Shown one piece after another: positions 1 to 14,467 of a stretch of DNA of 64,000 nt. Position numbers and translations under genes: made by a program. Source of the stretch: Schmidtea nova (lineage: Eukaryota); contig CM097883.1 in assembly GCA_044892505.1 (NCBI GenBank), forward strand, positions 81,592,001-81,656,000, read 5' to 3'. Below the pieces are notes generated by a model that was not told the DNA's origin, searched no databases, and worked only from the letters and a program-made list of their open reading frames with translations. Every line of letters begins with the position of its first letter. Positions within the stretch are counted from its first letter, which is position 1.

Positions 1-524
1 AAACTTAAATAAAAAACTATAAAAATAGTAAAAATAGTAAAAAAATTGAAATTTTTCTAAATATAGTCCGTCGTAGATATTATGAAATAGTTAAATTTAG
101 CTCTAGTGAAATTCCATCCTACAATTTGGTAAATCAAATTTTTAATAATTTCATCAGTGAAACACTTTCAATGAATATTAATTATAATCCACGCTCCCTC
201 TAAAGTAGGCAAGCATGCGATTGAGCCGGGAAATTTTATGAATTTTAAACTATAAAAATTTTGAACTTCGTGTTATTTTGCTTATTAAGCGAAATATTTA
301 ATTTAATTTTAAAAAATTTAAATCACATTTTGTCATTAATTTTGGAATTATTTATTATTAAAATTGTCAATAATATCTACAAAAATTCAACATATGCAAC
401 ACCCTTATTTTAAAAAAAAAGTAAAATTAAACCAAATAATTACTTGGTAGGTTTACAGAGATTTAAACATAAAAATCAATTTGTTTTACTTTTTCTAAAG
501 CTCTTGCAATTTCATTTATAATTT

Positions 525-722
525 GGTTCCTTGACAACTGGGACCACACGACAATTCGGGTCTTTCACAACTGGGGCCATTATACAACTGAGACTTAATC
601 CTTAACCCTAATCCATATGTCTAACCCTAATCCCCTAACCAGTTGCAGGTGGACTCAGATGTATAAGGCTCCAGTTGTCAATGGCCCCAGTTGTGAAATG
701 CTCGAATTGTAGTCTGGTTACC
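525..722. mobile_element. MITE-like element with ACAACTG/CAGTTGT subterminal inverted repeats and a (C)CCTAA-rich core
   Basis: Three ACAACTG copies (535-585) are mirrored by CCAGTTG copies (639-695) around CTTAACCCTAATCC...CTAACCCTAATCCCCTAACC. No clear TSD. Confidence 0.45.
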
Positions 723-3433
723 TTTTAATTTATATTATTAAAATAAAAGTAAATATTTTTATATAAAAATAAGTGAACAATATTGTAATATAATTTTGTA
801 GCTTAAAATTTAACATGCGCTAGTTTTATATTGTTAATTATACTAGTCTTATAGAATAAACAAAAAAGGAACCCATAAAAACAAGTTTTTAATGTAACTC
901 TTTCTTTTTCTCATGTACTAGGTAATTTTATTGTTGTTTCGTTGTTTGGTAGTTTCTTGGCAACAGTAAATCAAAAAATCACATTGTTTCAAAATTTTTC
1001 AATATTATAATTTGTGGGCCACCACGAGTCTGCTCGCAAATTTTCAGATCGATTGGATATCGGGAAGTGGGTTAAAAATCGATCCAAAGTTTGACAAGAA
1101 AACAAACAGGAATTGGAAGTTAATAGAAAGAGTTTAAAAAAATAGCAACTAGTTTTAAATATCGCAAAGATTTCACCCCCAAAATAAAAAAACATTGAAA
1201 AGAAAAAAATGAGCTAATGATGAATTAGGAAGACAAGTGAGACAATTAATAATTGAATGGGTTTCTCTTTATAATAAAATAACCATACCAATGAAAGTAA
1301 TAAATTAAATGAAATTTTTATATTAGTGTTGCAAATGTAATTTTCGCGATCAGGCTAAAATCAGTGTAGAATTTGCATATCCAATCATATAATTGCATAT
1401 ATATAAAGATAGACAGTTGGATATGAAAAACGTCTTTTTACTCTTTTACTTCTTCTCTTTAAATGAAGTTATTAATAGAAGTCTAAAAATATTTTATTCT
1501 AATTTGAAAAACGCAGGTATTTTGTTTATTTTATTCTATTTATTATCACATTTCATTAATATTTAGAAATTATTACAATAAATTCACATATTGCATATAA
1601 TAAATTGGTACCAGCCGAAATTAGTATAAGTTTTCAATTTTACGAGCAAAAACGGCTGTTTCATTAATAAAAATTTCTCACAAAATTCCCATACAAAAGA
1701 CAAAAGAACAAAATGTGTTGAGGTCTCAAAGAGTAAGCTACGTAAGCTAGTTCTTACATAAATGTAATGAATATGTATTTATTAATACACAAAATCTATG
1801 ATCCTTGAAGTAATACATTATGATTCCCTCTTATCAATAGTTTTAGAGTTCATCAATAAATGTAAAATGTCTAATTATCTATTTTAATGTTTGTAAGCCG
1901 GCTTTTGTTTACTTAAAATTAACTACGCTAAATGAAAAATGTGGAGATCAAAATACACCAATAAAATATTTGAACTATATGTATTAAAGAGCGTAACACT
2001 CCAAAAGTAGAGACAAATATACCAGTCTAATAAAAGTGTTCATTATATCAACGCTATATGCTACATCACCAAAGAACGAAGTTCATATAAACAAATTGAT
2101 TTAAAATTGAATAATTGAGCTTTGCATATCTTGCATGTCCTAACATTTTCATTTGCTAACCACTCAAAAAATTTCCTACAGAATTTTAATTGATTTTCAC
2201 TGACTTTGTTGAGCATTTATATAATATTTGTACTTATTTACGTAACCTAAACAATAGGTTTTAAGTTAAAACGGGTTGTTTTGTAATAGAGTTGAATTTG
2301 TTACAAAATAAGAATGTTTAAGAAAATTTTAATTTTAAGAATTTTCTCGTTTTACATGACACCGAAACTATTTCTAAAAAGACCTCCAGTTTAATGCATA
2401 CAGTTTTTATAAATATTAAATCCACCAGAACTGCTTATCCTTTATATAGCCAAGCTAATATTGGGTGTAGGCAAAAGATAAAAAAAATTGAAATTTTAAA
2501 ACATTTATAATTAATAACATAAACGAGAAATATTGAAAATACAAAAAAGAATAGAGTCAATAAAAGTTTTTAGCAAAAATAAAATAAGGGAAAGATTAAA
2601 AAAGTAATAAATAAATTACAAAAATTAAGTTAAATTTGAAAAAAAATCAAAAATAATATTTTGTGGGAGAAACAGATATGGGTGGATGGAAAATATTGAG
2701 ACATGCAAATATAGTAAAAAATCAATCGGGATCCTTAGAAAAGGTTATTTAAAAATACAAATTAATTAATTAAGAAAAAGATATAAGCTTAATTATTGTA
2801 TGAAAACACCGAGCGATAACAAAATTAAAAATTATATTCTTTTGTTGAGTCGGTGGCCTTTAAGGAAAAAATTAAATACTTTTAAGACAAATACGATAGC
2901 GAAAAGACAATGATCGAAGTTGCCCTTAATTATTAAATTATTTTCAAGAGAGTTCCTTTTCAGTTTTTACTTTAATTATTTTGTTTTTAAAGAGAACCCG
3001 ATAAAAGCAGCCGCAATTCTGGAAAATTTTTCAGCTGGTCAAAAAATCAAAAATCAAAAAGAAAAGCGTCAAATTGAAGAAATCGAGACAGAGTAAAGAA
3101 ACTAATAAAAATTACAAGTATCTAAAGGCGGTCTCCTTTTACCTACTTTTTTATTTGATAAAAAGAGTAGAACAGTTTTAAAAGTGTAGTAAAAATCTTG
3201 TAAATTGTTTTGAAAGTTAATAAATCTACTGTGTTGAGTTTTATATTCAATTTGCACAAAGAGAACGGGGTGTTAGATTTCGATACTGATTGAAATAAAT
3301 ATAACCAAACATATTTTTATGGGAATATGTCCGAATTCTTAATTTTTAAGAATTATATATTTTAAATTTAATATCTACAATTAATAATTACTTGTATATT
3401 CTTCACTTCCGTTTTAAAAATGGCAATTGTCTG

Positions 3434-3952
3434 CTGCGCCGTGCTGTAACTTTTGGGGGCCCTGTGCAGAAACTAAAATTTTTTTTTTAAATTTGAATTT
3501 TTTTTTATTGATTTTATTTAAAAAAATAATACAAAGCAATTATAAAGTAATTTTTCTAGCTTTTTTGCTGACAAATTCATTAATTATATCATTGCGATCA
3601 ATTGCTCTGACTGTTGCATTTCCAATCGGCAGTATTGCCAATCCAGGAAGTCTTTCCTGTGACATTGTAGACCGTAGATAATTTTCAATTAATTTTAGTT
3701 TTGAAAACGATCGTTCACAATGAGCAAAGGTAAAATGGGTACTGTTAAAATTATTCGATATGTGATACATACATTTGGATCTAATTCTTCCAAACTTCTT
3801 TCTAAAATGTATTCCAAATTCTCCATAATAGTATAATTATCTTCTAAAATATATTTTTGCTAATGGAGAAGTTTTTCCAATGTATTTAATATTTGGGGGC
3901 CCCTCAAAAATAGGGGGCCCAGTGCCATTGCACTTGCGATAGTACGGCGCTG
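3434..3952 (-). mobile_element. Internally deleted hAT transposon retaining only the C-terminal dimerisation domain (ZMYM1-like)
   Basis: TIRs CTGCGCCGTGCT / AGTACGGCGCTG; perfect 8-bp TSD ATTGTCTG (3426-3433, 3953-3960); ORF 3540-3770 reads CERSFSKLKLIENYLRSTMSQERL. Confidence 0.85.
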
Positions 3953-4484
3953 ATTGTCTGCCTTTGGTCTTATAATACAAAAAATTAAATCATATGGAAA
4001 TTAATAATTAATTACTTCCATTTCAAGACTTATTAGATGTCATATTTAAAAATTTAATATTAGTTATTTTATTTTCCATGTAATTATATTTATTTGAAGT
4101 AATTTTTAAAAAATGAGATCATGTAGACTCTGTTGCTATTCACAAATAAAAATTTCAAGTGCAATTACTTTTAATCGTAATTTTAAAATGTAATACGCAA
4201 TTTTCAGAATTATCAAGTGTTGAGATATAGCTGAATTACTTTTTTTAACACTGCATTTATATCATTTTTCTTGAACTCGTTATATCTTGTGTAAATTATC
4301 TGAAAATGAAATCTAAAAACTATAATTAAATTACTTACATATCTTATAAAATGACAAGAATTAGAAAATCTGAAAATAAAATCAGAAAGATTTTTTAATT
4401 CAATAATGTCAATGTTGTTTAAATACGTAAAATTAATCAACGTTTTTAAAAAATCTTGTTAAATTTATCTTATAATTTTAATAA

Positions 4485-7400
4485 ATGGCGTTTGCTACTA
4501 ATAAACCATTATTCGGCAACACAACGATGAATGTAACCCAGAATGCGATTAAAGATATCGAGGTTCCTAATCCGCCTTTAGATACAGTTTCTTGCCTTAG
4601 ATTTAGTCCTTCTAGTCTTTCGCAAACTTATCTAATGGCAGGGAGTTGGGATAAAAGTATACGCATGTGGGAAATTAGTAACAATGGCGATGTGATTCCT
4701 CGCATACACCAAGCCCTACAAGCCCCGATATTGGATGCATGTTGGAGTTCTGTATGCCATTGATCATTGAATATAACGAAGCTTATTCAATGAATATTAA
4801 GGACGGTACAAAAGCATACATTAGTTCTGTTGATAAATCCGGGTACATGTGGGATTTAGCCGCAAATCAAGCCTCTAAAATTGCAGCACATGATGCACCA
4901 ATTAAAACCATTCATTATATCCAAGCCCCCTCTTACACTTGTGTTATGACAGGCGGATGGGATAAGAAACTTAAGTTAGGATTGCTATCGTTGTTATTGA
5001 CGATAACGATTTTTCAATTCAGATTTTGGGATTTGCGTAGTCAAAATCCAATGTCATCAATTGATTTGAGTGATAGAGTCTATTGTGCAGCTGTTCATTA
5101 CCCTATGGCTGCAGTAGCAACTGGGGATAAATCAGTTTTTGTTTATAATCTAGAAAATGGTCCTGTTGAATACAAGAGATTGGAATCACAGTTAAAATAC
5201 CAAGTAAATATCATCAACTTTTTATAAGAATCAACTCTATTTTTATGTATAACTTATTTATTAAAGTGAATAATTCTTATTATTCGTCTTTTAATTAGAA
5301 AAATAGAAAATTTTATTAATTTTTTATGTAAAATCATATATAATTATTTAAATAAATAACAATTTGTAAAAATAAAATCAGCCGGTTGAGATCCGATTGG
5401 CTAAGCTATGTTTGTATATTAACATTTATCAACACATGATAATTATGTTAATAGCGTTTCTCAAGCAGGATATTCTCATGGTATTTATACATATTTTACT
5501 TTATTATAGTAAAAAATTGCTAATATTTCTTAATTTTACATTTCCATTCAAACAAACAAAAATTAAAAAAATTATTACATCTTAAGCGCTAGATACATTT
5601 CTGAAAAATGTCGCTTTGTGGGAGGCATTAATTCCATACAAAAGGGAGGGGCGTTCGGTGCTAAAAGTATTTTAAGGTTTTTGAAAATGAAATAATTCAC
5701 ATTCTTAAATTACATTACTTACAATTGAATAAGAAACATTATCAGCAATACAGACTTGTCTGCTCACTTCCGTCCTGCTTTAACAGCTTATAAACTCCTC
5801 AATAGTGATATAATTGTCTCCTTGGTAACAATCATTGGATATGATTCCCTCGACTGCCCGCCGGATATACGCGTGACTAGGCACACCCGCACCGGTACTG
5901 TATATCAATAATCAACTGCTTCCTTTTAAATTTAAAAATTCCATGTAATTTAACCTACAACACTTGGAATGTTACACAAACTCTATATCAGTTCGCCTTC
6001 AATATCTGAGAGGAGTTGCTGATCCATTGTTCTACTGGAATTGGTTCCGAGAATTTCCTAACTAGCATCCGCATTTGTTGCCTGGCCAACTACTCTTTCT
6101 TTGTTTATGTTCGTTATTAGTTATGGATTAGGATCAGCCTCAGCAGCTCTGGATAATCTTCCTACCCCAATATCTTTGTGACCGACGTCTTTTCTTTCTT
6201 TGTCATTGATTTTAGGGTGGCATTTTCCGTTAGGCTTAGCCCGCTTCAAATTGATGAGTATCCTGTGGATTGTATGTACTTTCTCACGCTTAACCACTTG
6301 GCCGTTTTTTTGTGCAAGTGTTCTTCATCTTCACCTCTGCGTCATCGCATTTGCATACTTTATACCGTTTCGAAGGTCCTGACATTTATGAAAGAAAAAG
6401 CTTTAACAATTCGTTCAACAGATCAACAGAGTCGCTTTCTGTGCTCGTCCACCAAAATGGTAATAGTTTAGTCAATGTTACGATCATAGAAAAGCATCGC
6501 CTACATAGGTTATTCTAAGAAAACTCATTAAATTTACTATTAGGAACAACAATTTTATTCACATTATAACAATATGCCCAGTTTACGCCAGATAAGTAAT
6601 TAATGTACAGTTTTGAACACTCTAGGGCAGCGATTCTCAACCAGAGGTACGCGAAAAAAAATTTAGTAATGGTGAATGTTAAAAATATACAATTCTCCTC
6701 TCGTCTTTGTCCTGTTTCAGAACTTTATGGCTATAATAGTTTATATTTATTATGTTATTTTTCATAATAAAATTATGTATCTATAAAAGATCTTTTAGTT
6801 TGTATCAATAAACATTCTGTCATACTCCTTGACACGGTTTTGCTATTTATTTACTGTTAGAACAAGTTTAAAATAATAAAAACTGCGAGTATCTAAATCA
6901 GTGATGGGGAGTCAATTGGAAAACGATCTACTCCCGACTCCGTAGTCGATATTTTCTTTTATCGACTCCGACTCCTTTCAGTTTCAATAAGGCACGACAC
7001 GATTTCGAAAATTGATCACTGAAAAATTTGTTAACATTTGAAATTTGATTGTCACTACAAGATACTTTTTTAGATCGTTGTTTTACGTTACGCCGATAAA
7101 ACAAGCTTCAGGAAATTCTAAAATATTAATCACACACATATATATATATATATATTATAAATGTACGTTCTTTTTGCTATTTATGTTGCGAATGTGTGTT
7201 TAAGGTTATATTCTGTTTTACGGCTCTAGAAGAGTGTAAGTTCCCGAGAGAGTCTGGCGTTAACAGTGTACCGACACTCGGGGTGTATGTTTTGTAGTGC
7301 TCGAGTGTATGCAATAAAATAAGACAACCAATAATGAAATAAATTAGTTATTAACGCTAAACGCAACTATTATCACCAATGTCAAACACGCAATTTTATA

Positions 7401-7963
7401 AAAGTTACTTTAGAGGGATTGATATTGATCAATCGAAGTTTCGGATAGAATTGTTACGCTATACTCTCCTTACAATCAGCTTTGATGTCGGCCAAAATAT
7501 TTCTTTAGGATGAACTCTTCTGTTAATTCTTTGATTATTGTTTCCTTTTAAAAATCAGCTTTGATGTCGGCGAAATTATTTCTTTAGGATGAACTCTTCT
7601 ATTAATTCTTTGATTATTCCTTTCTATGTTAATTCTGAGATATCTAATTCTTTGATTATTCCTATATACGTTGATTCGGAGATGTCTAATTCTTTTTACA
7701 ATTTTTACTTTATTTATTTTCGATCAATTTTTCTAATTAATTGTTTGTAATCTCATAGCTTACTATAGTTTCCTATAGTAAGCTATTTGAATTTTATTAT
7801 TTGAATTTTATTTAAATTATTATATTATTTTTAATCTAATAACAAAAGTCACCACTATAAACAAATAGGGGGGTCCCTGGTGACCGCAAAGGCACCGTCC
7901 ATAACAATGACGGCGCTTACAACCTCATAACCGGATAACAATATAAAAATAAAATATGACATT

Positions 7964-7994
<31 letters not shown>

Positions 7995-8744
7995 GATAAA
8001 TATGAATGAAGTTACGAATTTCGAAATCCAGCTGAAGAAATTTAATCACGGGAAATGGTCACACTTTGAAATAAGACTGTCACTATTAAATATTGTTTGG
8101 AGAACGATGCATTTCATGGTATCGATAGAGAAAGCTAACAGCAATTAGAAGTGTTAATCTGATTGTTATACGATAAATATTAATGAAGTTACGGATTTCC
8201 AAATGCTGCTGAAAAAATTCAACATCAGAAAAAAGGTCACACTTTGAAATAAGGCTTATATATTATTTTGAGAACGATGTATTTCATTGTATCTGAGATT
8301 TCAGAAAATGGTCCTACATTAAATGTTTTAAATACACAAGCAACAATTCAAGAAGTTCGGGGTTTTCTTTTGTGTGAAGGAATGATTTTTATTCGAAAAC
8401 CAAGAAAAGATATATGGTTTCTTGATTTCTTCAAATCCGCCATAAATTTATTTAATTAAAATTTTATAAAGAGCCAAATAATCACTTAGTTAAACGGAAG
8501 TTAATTTAACTATTCAATTCTCCCCTTAAGAATTTTTCCACTTCGTCAGTCACTCGATTCTTCCTTTCGTTCCTATTTGCAAATGTAGTTTGACTCGGTG
8601 AGGTGATAGTACTGCATACTATCCTTATGCCAGTTCTGCGGTTTTTTTCGTACGAGTATCTCTTCCCCCTCGAAAACACGACTGCCTCTCTGTCTTATCC
8701 ATGGCTCTCATAATGTCTGCGGCTTTAATCGAGTTATAAATAAC

Positions 8745-8804
<60 letters not shown>

Positions 8805-11800
8805 TAATAAATATGAATGAAGTTACGAATTTAGAAATCCAGCTGAAGAAATTTAATCACGGGAAATGGTCACACTTTGAAATAAGACTGTCACTATTAA
8901 ATATTGTTTGGAGAACGATGCATTGCATTTTAATGATAGAGAAAGCTGCCAGCAATTTCAAAGTGTTAATCTTCTTGTTATACGATAAATATTAATGAAG
9001 CTACGAATTTCCAAATAAATGTTCTCTCTAGACACATTATTTCTTATCTCTTTTGGGCTCTTGTTTAGTACAACTATCCCTCGCTCTGTATCCATGCTTT
9101 GTTCGTTTTTAGACCGCTAATCTGGGGCCTGGTGTGCATTTTATTTGATTAGCATTCATATTTTTCGTAATTTTAACATGCGTCCGTAAAATAAAGAGAA
9201 GTTTAATTATTTTTTTCCGAAGTGGAAAAGGAGCCAGAGTCGATTAATTTCTATCGACTCCGACTCCCCATCCCTGATTTGGGTCTCCGAATGGAGACGT
9301 GGGTTCAAATCCCACTTCTGACACTATTTTCGTAATTAACTTTTTCCAATTGACTTGGGAATAAGTATGTGCTTCCCAAATAATAAGCTTCGAAGTTATT
9401 AAAGATCTAATTTACAATAAATGTTAAAAAAATATATCAACCACTAATTTTTATTTTTGAAAAAATCTCCTCTAAATTAAACACAAAACCGATTATTTAA
9501 ACAAAAAAATCTCCACCTCGCCTCGATTCCGCCATTGACTTCGACTCCCCATCCCTGATTTAAATTATAAACATTTTTCTAATGTAGGGGGTACAATCTA
9601 GGATAATAAACTGCCAAGGGATATGCAAGCCAAAAAAGGTTGATAACTGCTGCTCTACGGCGTCATTTTGGGTATTGTTGTTTAGACACAACCACTGCTT
9701 CTTCCACTTTAACTAGGAAGAAGTGTTCTCCCCCAGTCTGATGAACTCCTTGTCAAATAAGGTTTTATTTTGTTCCGATATAAACCAGCTTGTATCCCAT
9801 AAAATTGTCGGGTCCCACAATTCGTCCAGGATGCTTCTTTTCACCGACTAGATACCTGAGGTGTTTCCTATCAAGCGATGGGACCGTTGCTGTTATTCGA
9901 CCTTGGGTTTCATCGGGTGATTCCTGTGATTCCCATTTTGGAATGGTATTTTGAGTAGTAACCACTTGTATGATTTAACTGAATTGCATTAGTAAGGTAT
10001 ATCATGAGCGTTGTTAAACTACATCAAATTTCTCTCCGAATTGGTTTCCTCTAAGGCATTATGTGACAACTGTGCTTATTTTCAAGTGAACTCTACAAAT
10101 TGGTTACAGCTGGAGTGATAATGTAGAATGATTTTTACTCAAAATGTTTAATTCAGCGAAAATTCTAGTTAAAATAAAATTTGAGTGAAATTACGACAAG
10201 GAAACAGAACGATGACGAAATTATGAATTGGATGTTTATAACAAACAAAATCGACATTGAAATAATTTTGTTTGGGAAATTATTTGACCTGAAAGAGAAT
10301 ATTTGTTACATAAAGTTATTTGTACATATAGCTATAAATTACAGACTATAAAACAAACATAAAATACAAGTACTTTAATTATATTAATACAAAAACAACA
10401 AATTATTATATGTATTAAATGTAAATTTAAAAAAAATATGATTTACCTAAATATGTAACAGTTGTCTCTATTGTAATTATTATTTATTTCCCGTGGTTTC
10501 ATCTGTAATACGCTATTAAATCTGTCTGAACTATGTAATCACAAATTTGTGGAACATTGTATCTGATCATCGAAATTTATAGACCTTTGCATCAATACCT
10601 ATTGAAGAACCATTGTGCTTATTTCATCTAAACAAAGATTAACTACCGAGTTACTTTCTTTACTTAAAATCGCTTAACTACTACCATGAGTAAAGTCATT
10701 ACGAATTAATGAAATTTCTACGGGGCTCCACCATAAAGAGAAAATACGAAACAAAGCAAAACAACGTCTTTATTTGCTAAAACACCGCCATGTCATAGTA
10801 ACTCGACGTCTAACGTAATAACAATCTCCAAATCGAGATCGATTAAATAAAATTTTCTGAAAGTCTTTTCGGACTCGAATTTATCATCGTATTTAGTATT
10901 TCTTTCTCATACTTTCTTTTCCGTTTTAGTCGATTTTTCTTGTGTTGTCTGTTTTTCCGAGATCTCGGGTTTTTTTTCGACAGGTTTCAAAGCGCAACTC
11001 ACTATGGGCTTTGCGTTTTTATTTCCTAGGCCTAGCAGCTCAGCCATAGGGTGGATTTGTCGGGTGAGTTCCTGGCTAGTAAACGATTCAGCCAAGGCAG
11101 TTTTCAACCGTCGCGCTGCAAGTTTTAAGGAACTAATTTCCGTCATCAGGTCGACTTTCACCCGTTCTATGTTGGCAATCTTTTTGTGCAACTGTTGAAC
11201 TTGAAAGTGCGTGAACCTTGTAGACTTAAGTCGTTCTACTAAAGGACGTTCAAATAGCAAAGTAAGAACAACTAATCTTTTTGAACTTCCTTGATTCCAC
11301 ATTCAGCCTGAAGGCATCCGCATAACTTAGATCGTTTAGAAGACATTGACATCTTAAGATTTATATTAAATTATAAGTGAAATCGGGATATGTTTTCAGT
11401 CCTCTCACGACTTCTACCTAGTTTCACATTGTTCTCCATATTCCCCATTTAAAATTTTAAAGTTGAAAGTGTCAAATAGTCATTAGTGAATGTATAAAGG
11501 AGTTATTGTAATAGTTCTTCGTTGGAATAGAAAATCATATAATGGTTGATTCAAACAATTTATTATGTTCATAAATTAAATCAGCTTACAAGATTGATTG
11601 AGAAATTTTTTCTAATTATTGGTTATTTTACTTCAGAATTAATTATTTAAACTTAATTTAATACTTAAACCGAAACTGTATCTTATAAATTCGCTATTAC
11701 ATATTGCATTTATTGTTAAACCGCTTTCAGCAACTAATTCTGCAACAATGCACCATTATTATCAGAATTGGCATAAAAATAATAATTTTACTATCTTTTC

Positions 11801-14395
11801 CCATTTATTTTATGTATGTCTATGCAAGCATGTTCTAGAAGATGATTTTTATTGCAAATTTTTTTGTACAATCTGGTATGTTGCTGTCTCTGTATTTGAA
11901 TTTTTATCTCAAAATTATCTCAAGCATTTTCGTAACTATTTTTATATGGACTAAAACTAAAATATTAAAAAATAAGATTATAATTATTTCTATATAATTA
12001 TTACATATTTACATAAATTCAATTTATAAAATTCCAAGAATTTATAGTGGCTCATTATTTATATTTAAATTATAATTTTCTTATTTTCATATATAATATA
12101 TTTAAATAAGGTGACCATTTATATTTTTTTCTAAACGCGTACATTATAAAAATGAACTTTAATTTTTACCAAATAAACAAAAAAAAGTTATTTTATTTCA
12201 ATAAAATACTGATTTAAATCACATTTTTTTGTATTAAATTTCAATGTATTAAATTTTTAAATAGCTAAATTTATTATTTATTAATAATATTATTTAAGCA
12301 ACGACTTCTCAATTTCAAATACATAAATTCATGACAGAATTGTCATGTATAAATTGTTGAAAACTAAATTTACGAACATCAAACAATATAGCCTAATAAG
12401 CAAACAAGGAATTAATACCAAATTGAAAATTGTTTCACTGTATGAATTATAAACGCATAGAGTTAAGAAAAGTTCGGATTTTTCCGTCAGAAATAATTAA
12501 AGAAGTTATTTTTTTTCTTTTGAGAATCTCAAAAAGATAGATTTTGAAATTCACAAAATTTTGCATTTTCTCGGAAATTACCATTGATTATTAAGTTTAT
12601 GTATTTTTTATTAATATAACAAAAAAGAAAATATGAACAATATTTTTTTAAAACAGTAATACTTTAGTTAAAGAAATGATGAAGTTAAAAAATAAATAAG
12701 ATTTTATGTAGACTACATTGTCCAGCAAAATATTTCCAAATTGCATTAAATGTTGGTTAGATAAATAAATGTCCAGATGTGGGAGACAGAAAGAAAAAGA
12801 AGTTTGTTTAATAGATAAATTTGATAGGGGTATCTAGATTTTTTAAAATTGGTAATTATTTTTAGTATTTATACGGTTATGGATTGAATCAGCGGACTAA
12901 GGAATTATGATATATTTGATTATAATGTTTATAGAAGAATGATTTCAATAAATTGTATAAGAGGGACATAAGACAGATCTTCCTAAGTGACAAAAATATC
13001 ATCCCGAACATTAGAAATTTCATATGCTAAACAAACTGCAAATTCCAAATTTATTTCGTATCTATGATAAAAAAATGAAAATTTGTATGTTCGGTATGAA
13101 CAGGTATTTAGTTAGCAAAAGAAATTCAATGGGAAATGAAAGGAATATCATCTCTTTATCATCAAAAGAAGGTTTGAAATGTTTGATGAAGAATGGGAAT
13201 TATTATGTGAAGTCAAGAAATTTTCATAATGGAAGATCGGAAGGAAACCATTCTAAAATGGCTACGAGCTGCAAATGAAGAAAGGATGATTGCAGTAGAG
13301 GTGCGTTTAAAAAATGCAGAACAAGAAGTACCATGTCATCAATTTATTCTGAAGAAATGTTAAAAAGAAAAATATTCTTCATCCGACAAGAAATAGATAT
13401 TGAATGAAGTCTGTAGCTAAATATTCTTTATTAACGGCAATTCCAAAACGTGTATGATGGTACCATTATCAACATAGAGAATTACGGGGGAAATATCAAG
13501 AATGTTTACATTATATCTAGAGTGAAAATACAATATTTTAACTTATCCATTCACGGAATCCGTCAGCATAAACCAACTCAGTCGGTATACTGATATGTGA
13601 GATATTATCAAATATTCAAAACCTTCATTAGACATAATTCGTAGGTAGTGTTGCAATACCTGAAAATTTGGATAAATCTTTTATAAGGATTTATGTATTT
13701 GGCAGCATCATCAGTATTTCAATATATTTATATAGTAAGAGAGTGATACAAACTAAAATGCTGGCGCAGGAAATATGCGGGTAAAATGCATAGGTTAGTA
13801 TAATTTCGGCTATTGAGTTAACAACAAATCCGTCAGTAAGTGGAGTATCAGTGAATCGATAACATACATTGAAAAAACATTCGAGAGGAATACAGAAAGT
13901 TACCCGTGATGATATCTCATCTATTCGCCGCTTGCCAGTATTATTAGACAATGATACGTTGTCAATTTCTTTAGTCACTTTCTCTCCAAGGACAAATGCA
14001 AGTATATTCTTTTCTGCAGGCATCAACAATATTTCACCAATTTTATTTTTACTTTGCTATGGTGGGTTATTGGCTATGCGCGAAATCTAATTATCGTGGC
14101 TCTACTTTCAATTACCGCGCATATAAACATTGAATAACCATATTATTGACCGCTACAGTGTAACTTTGATACTGCAAAAAATAGGTGAACATTCGCAAAA
14201 AGTGAGCGTCAAATGAATTGAAACTATAATTGACTGAATATCGCGGGTGGGTTCAAGGGTAACTGATAGAAGGTACTGTGCCTATATTCGTCCCTTTAAT
14301 TACTATGACCATGTTCTGATTTAATTGACTAAAATGACGTAAACGCGTTATTAACTTTACGGTAATGACCACGATATGAATTATACTCTTATATC

Positions 14396-14467
<72 letters not shown>

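Larger units (their letters stand above)
6899..9557 (+). mobile_element. Nested non-autonomous hAT-like element with GACTCC subterminal repeats and a duplicated right end
   Basis: Left end CAGTGATGGGGAGTC; right end GACTCCCCATCCCTG occurs twice (ending 9276 and 9557); TSD ATCTAAAT / ATTTAAAT flanks 6899-9557. Confidence 0.75.
6628..9652 (+). mobile_element. Non-autonomous hAT (Charlie/Buster-type) element hosting nested insertions
   Basis: Ends CAGCGATTCTCAACC ... GGTTGATAACTGCTG; 8-bp TSD CTCTAGGG / CTCTACGG (7/8). Confidence 0.75.

Noticed and set aside
590-640. CCCTAA-like repeats suggesting a telomere
   Set aside because: Only a few imperfect units, enclosed by the inverted repeats of a MITE-like element.
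4739-5227. 162-aa ORF as a separate gene
   Set aside because: It is RAE1 exons 2-3 read through two short introns that lack in-frame stops.
5750-6510. GC-richer stretch with overlapping short ORFs
   Set aside because: No frame gave a recognisable motif; probably a decayed TE, but it cannot be assigned.
8020-8065. CTGAAGA...GAAA as a hammerhead core
   Set aside because: Neither stem I nor stem II can pair.
13024-13450. Possible coding relic
   Set aside because: Stops in all frames and no identifiable domain.
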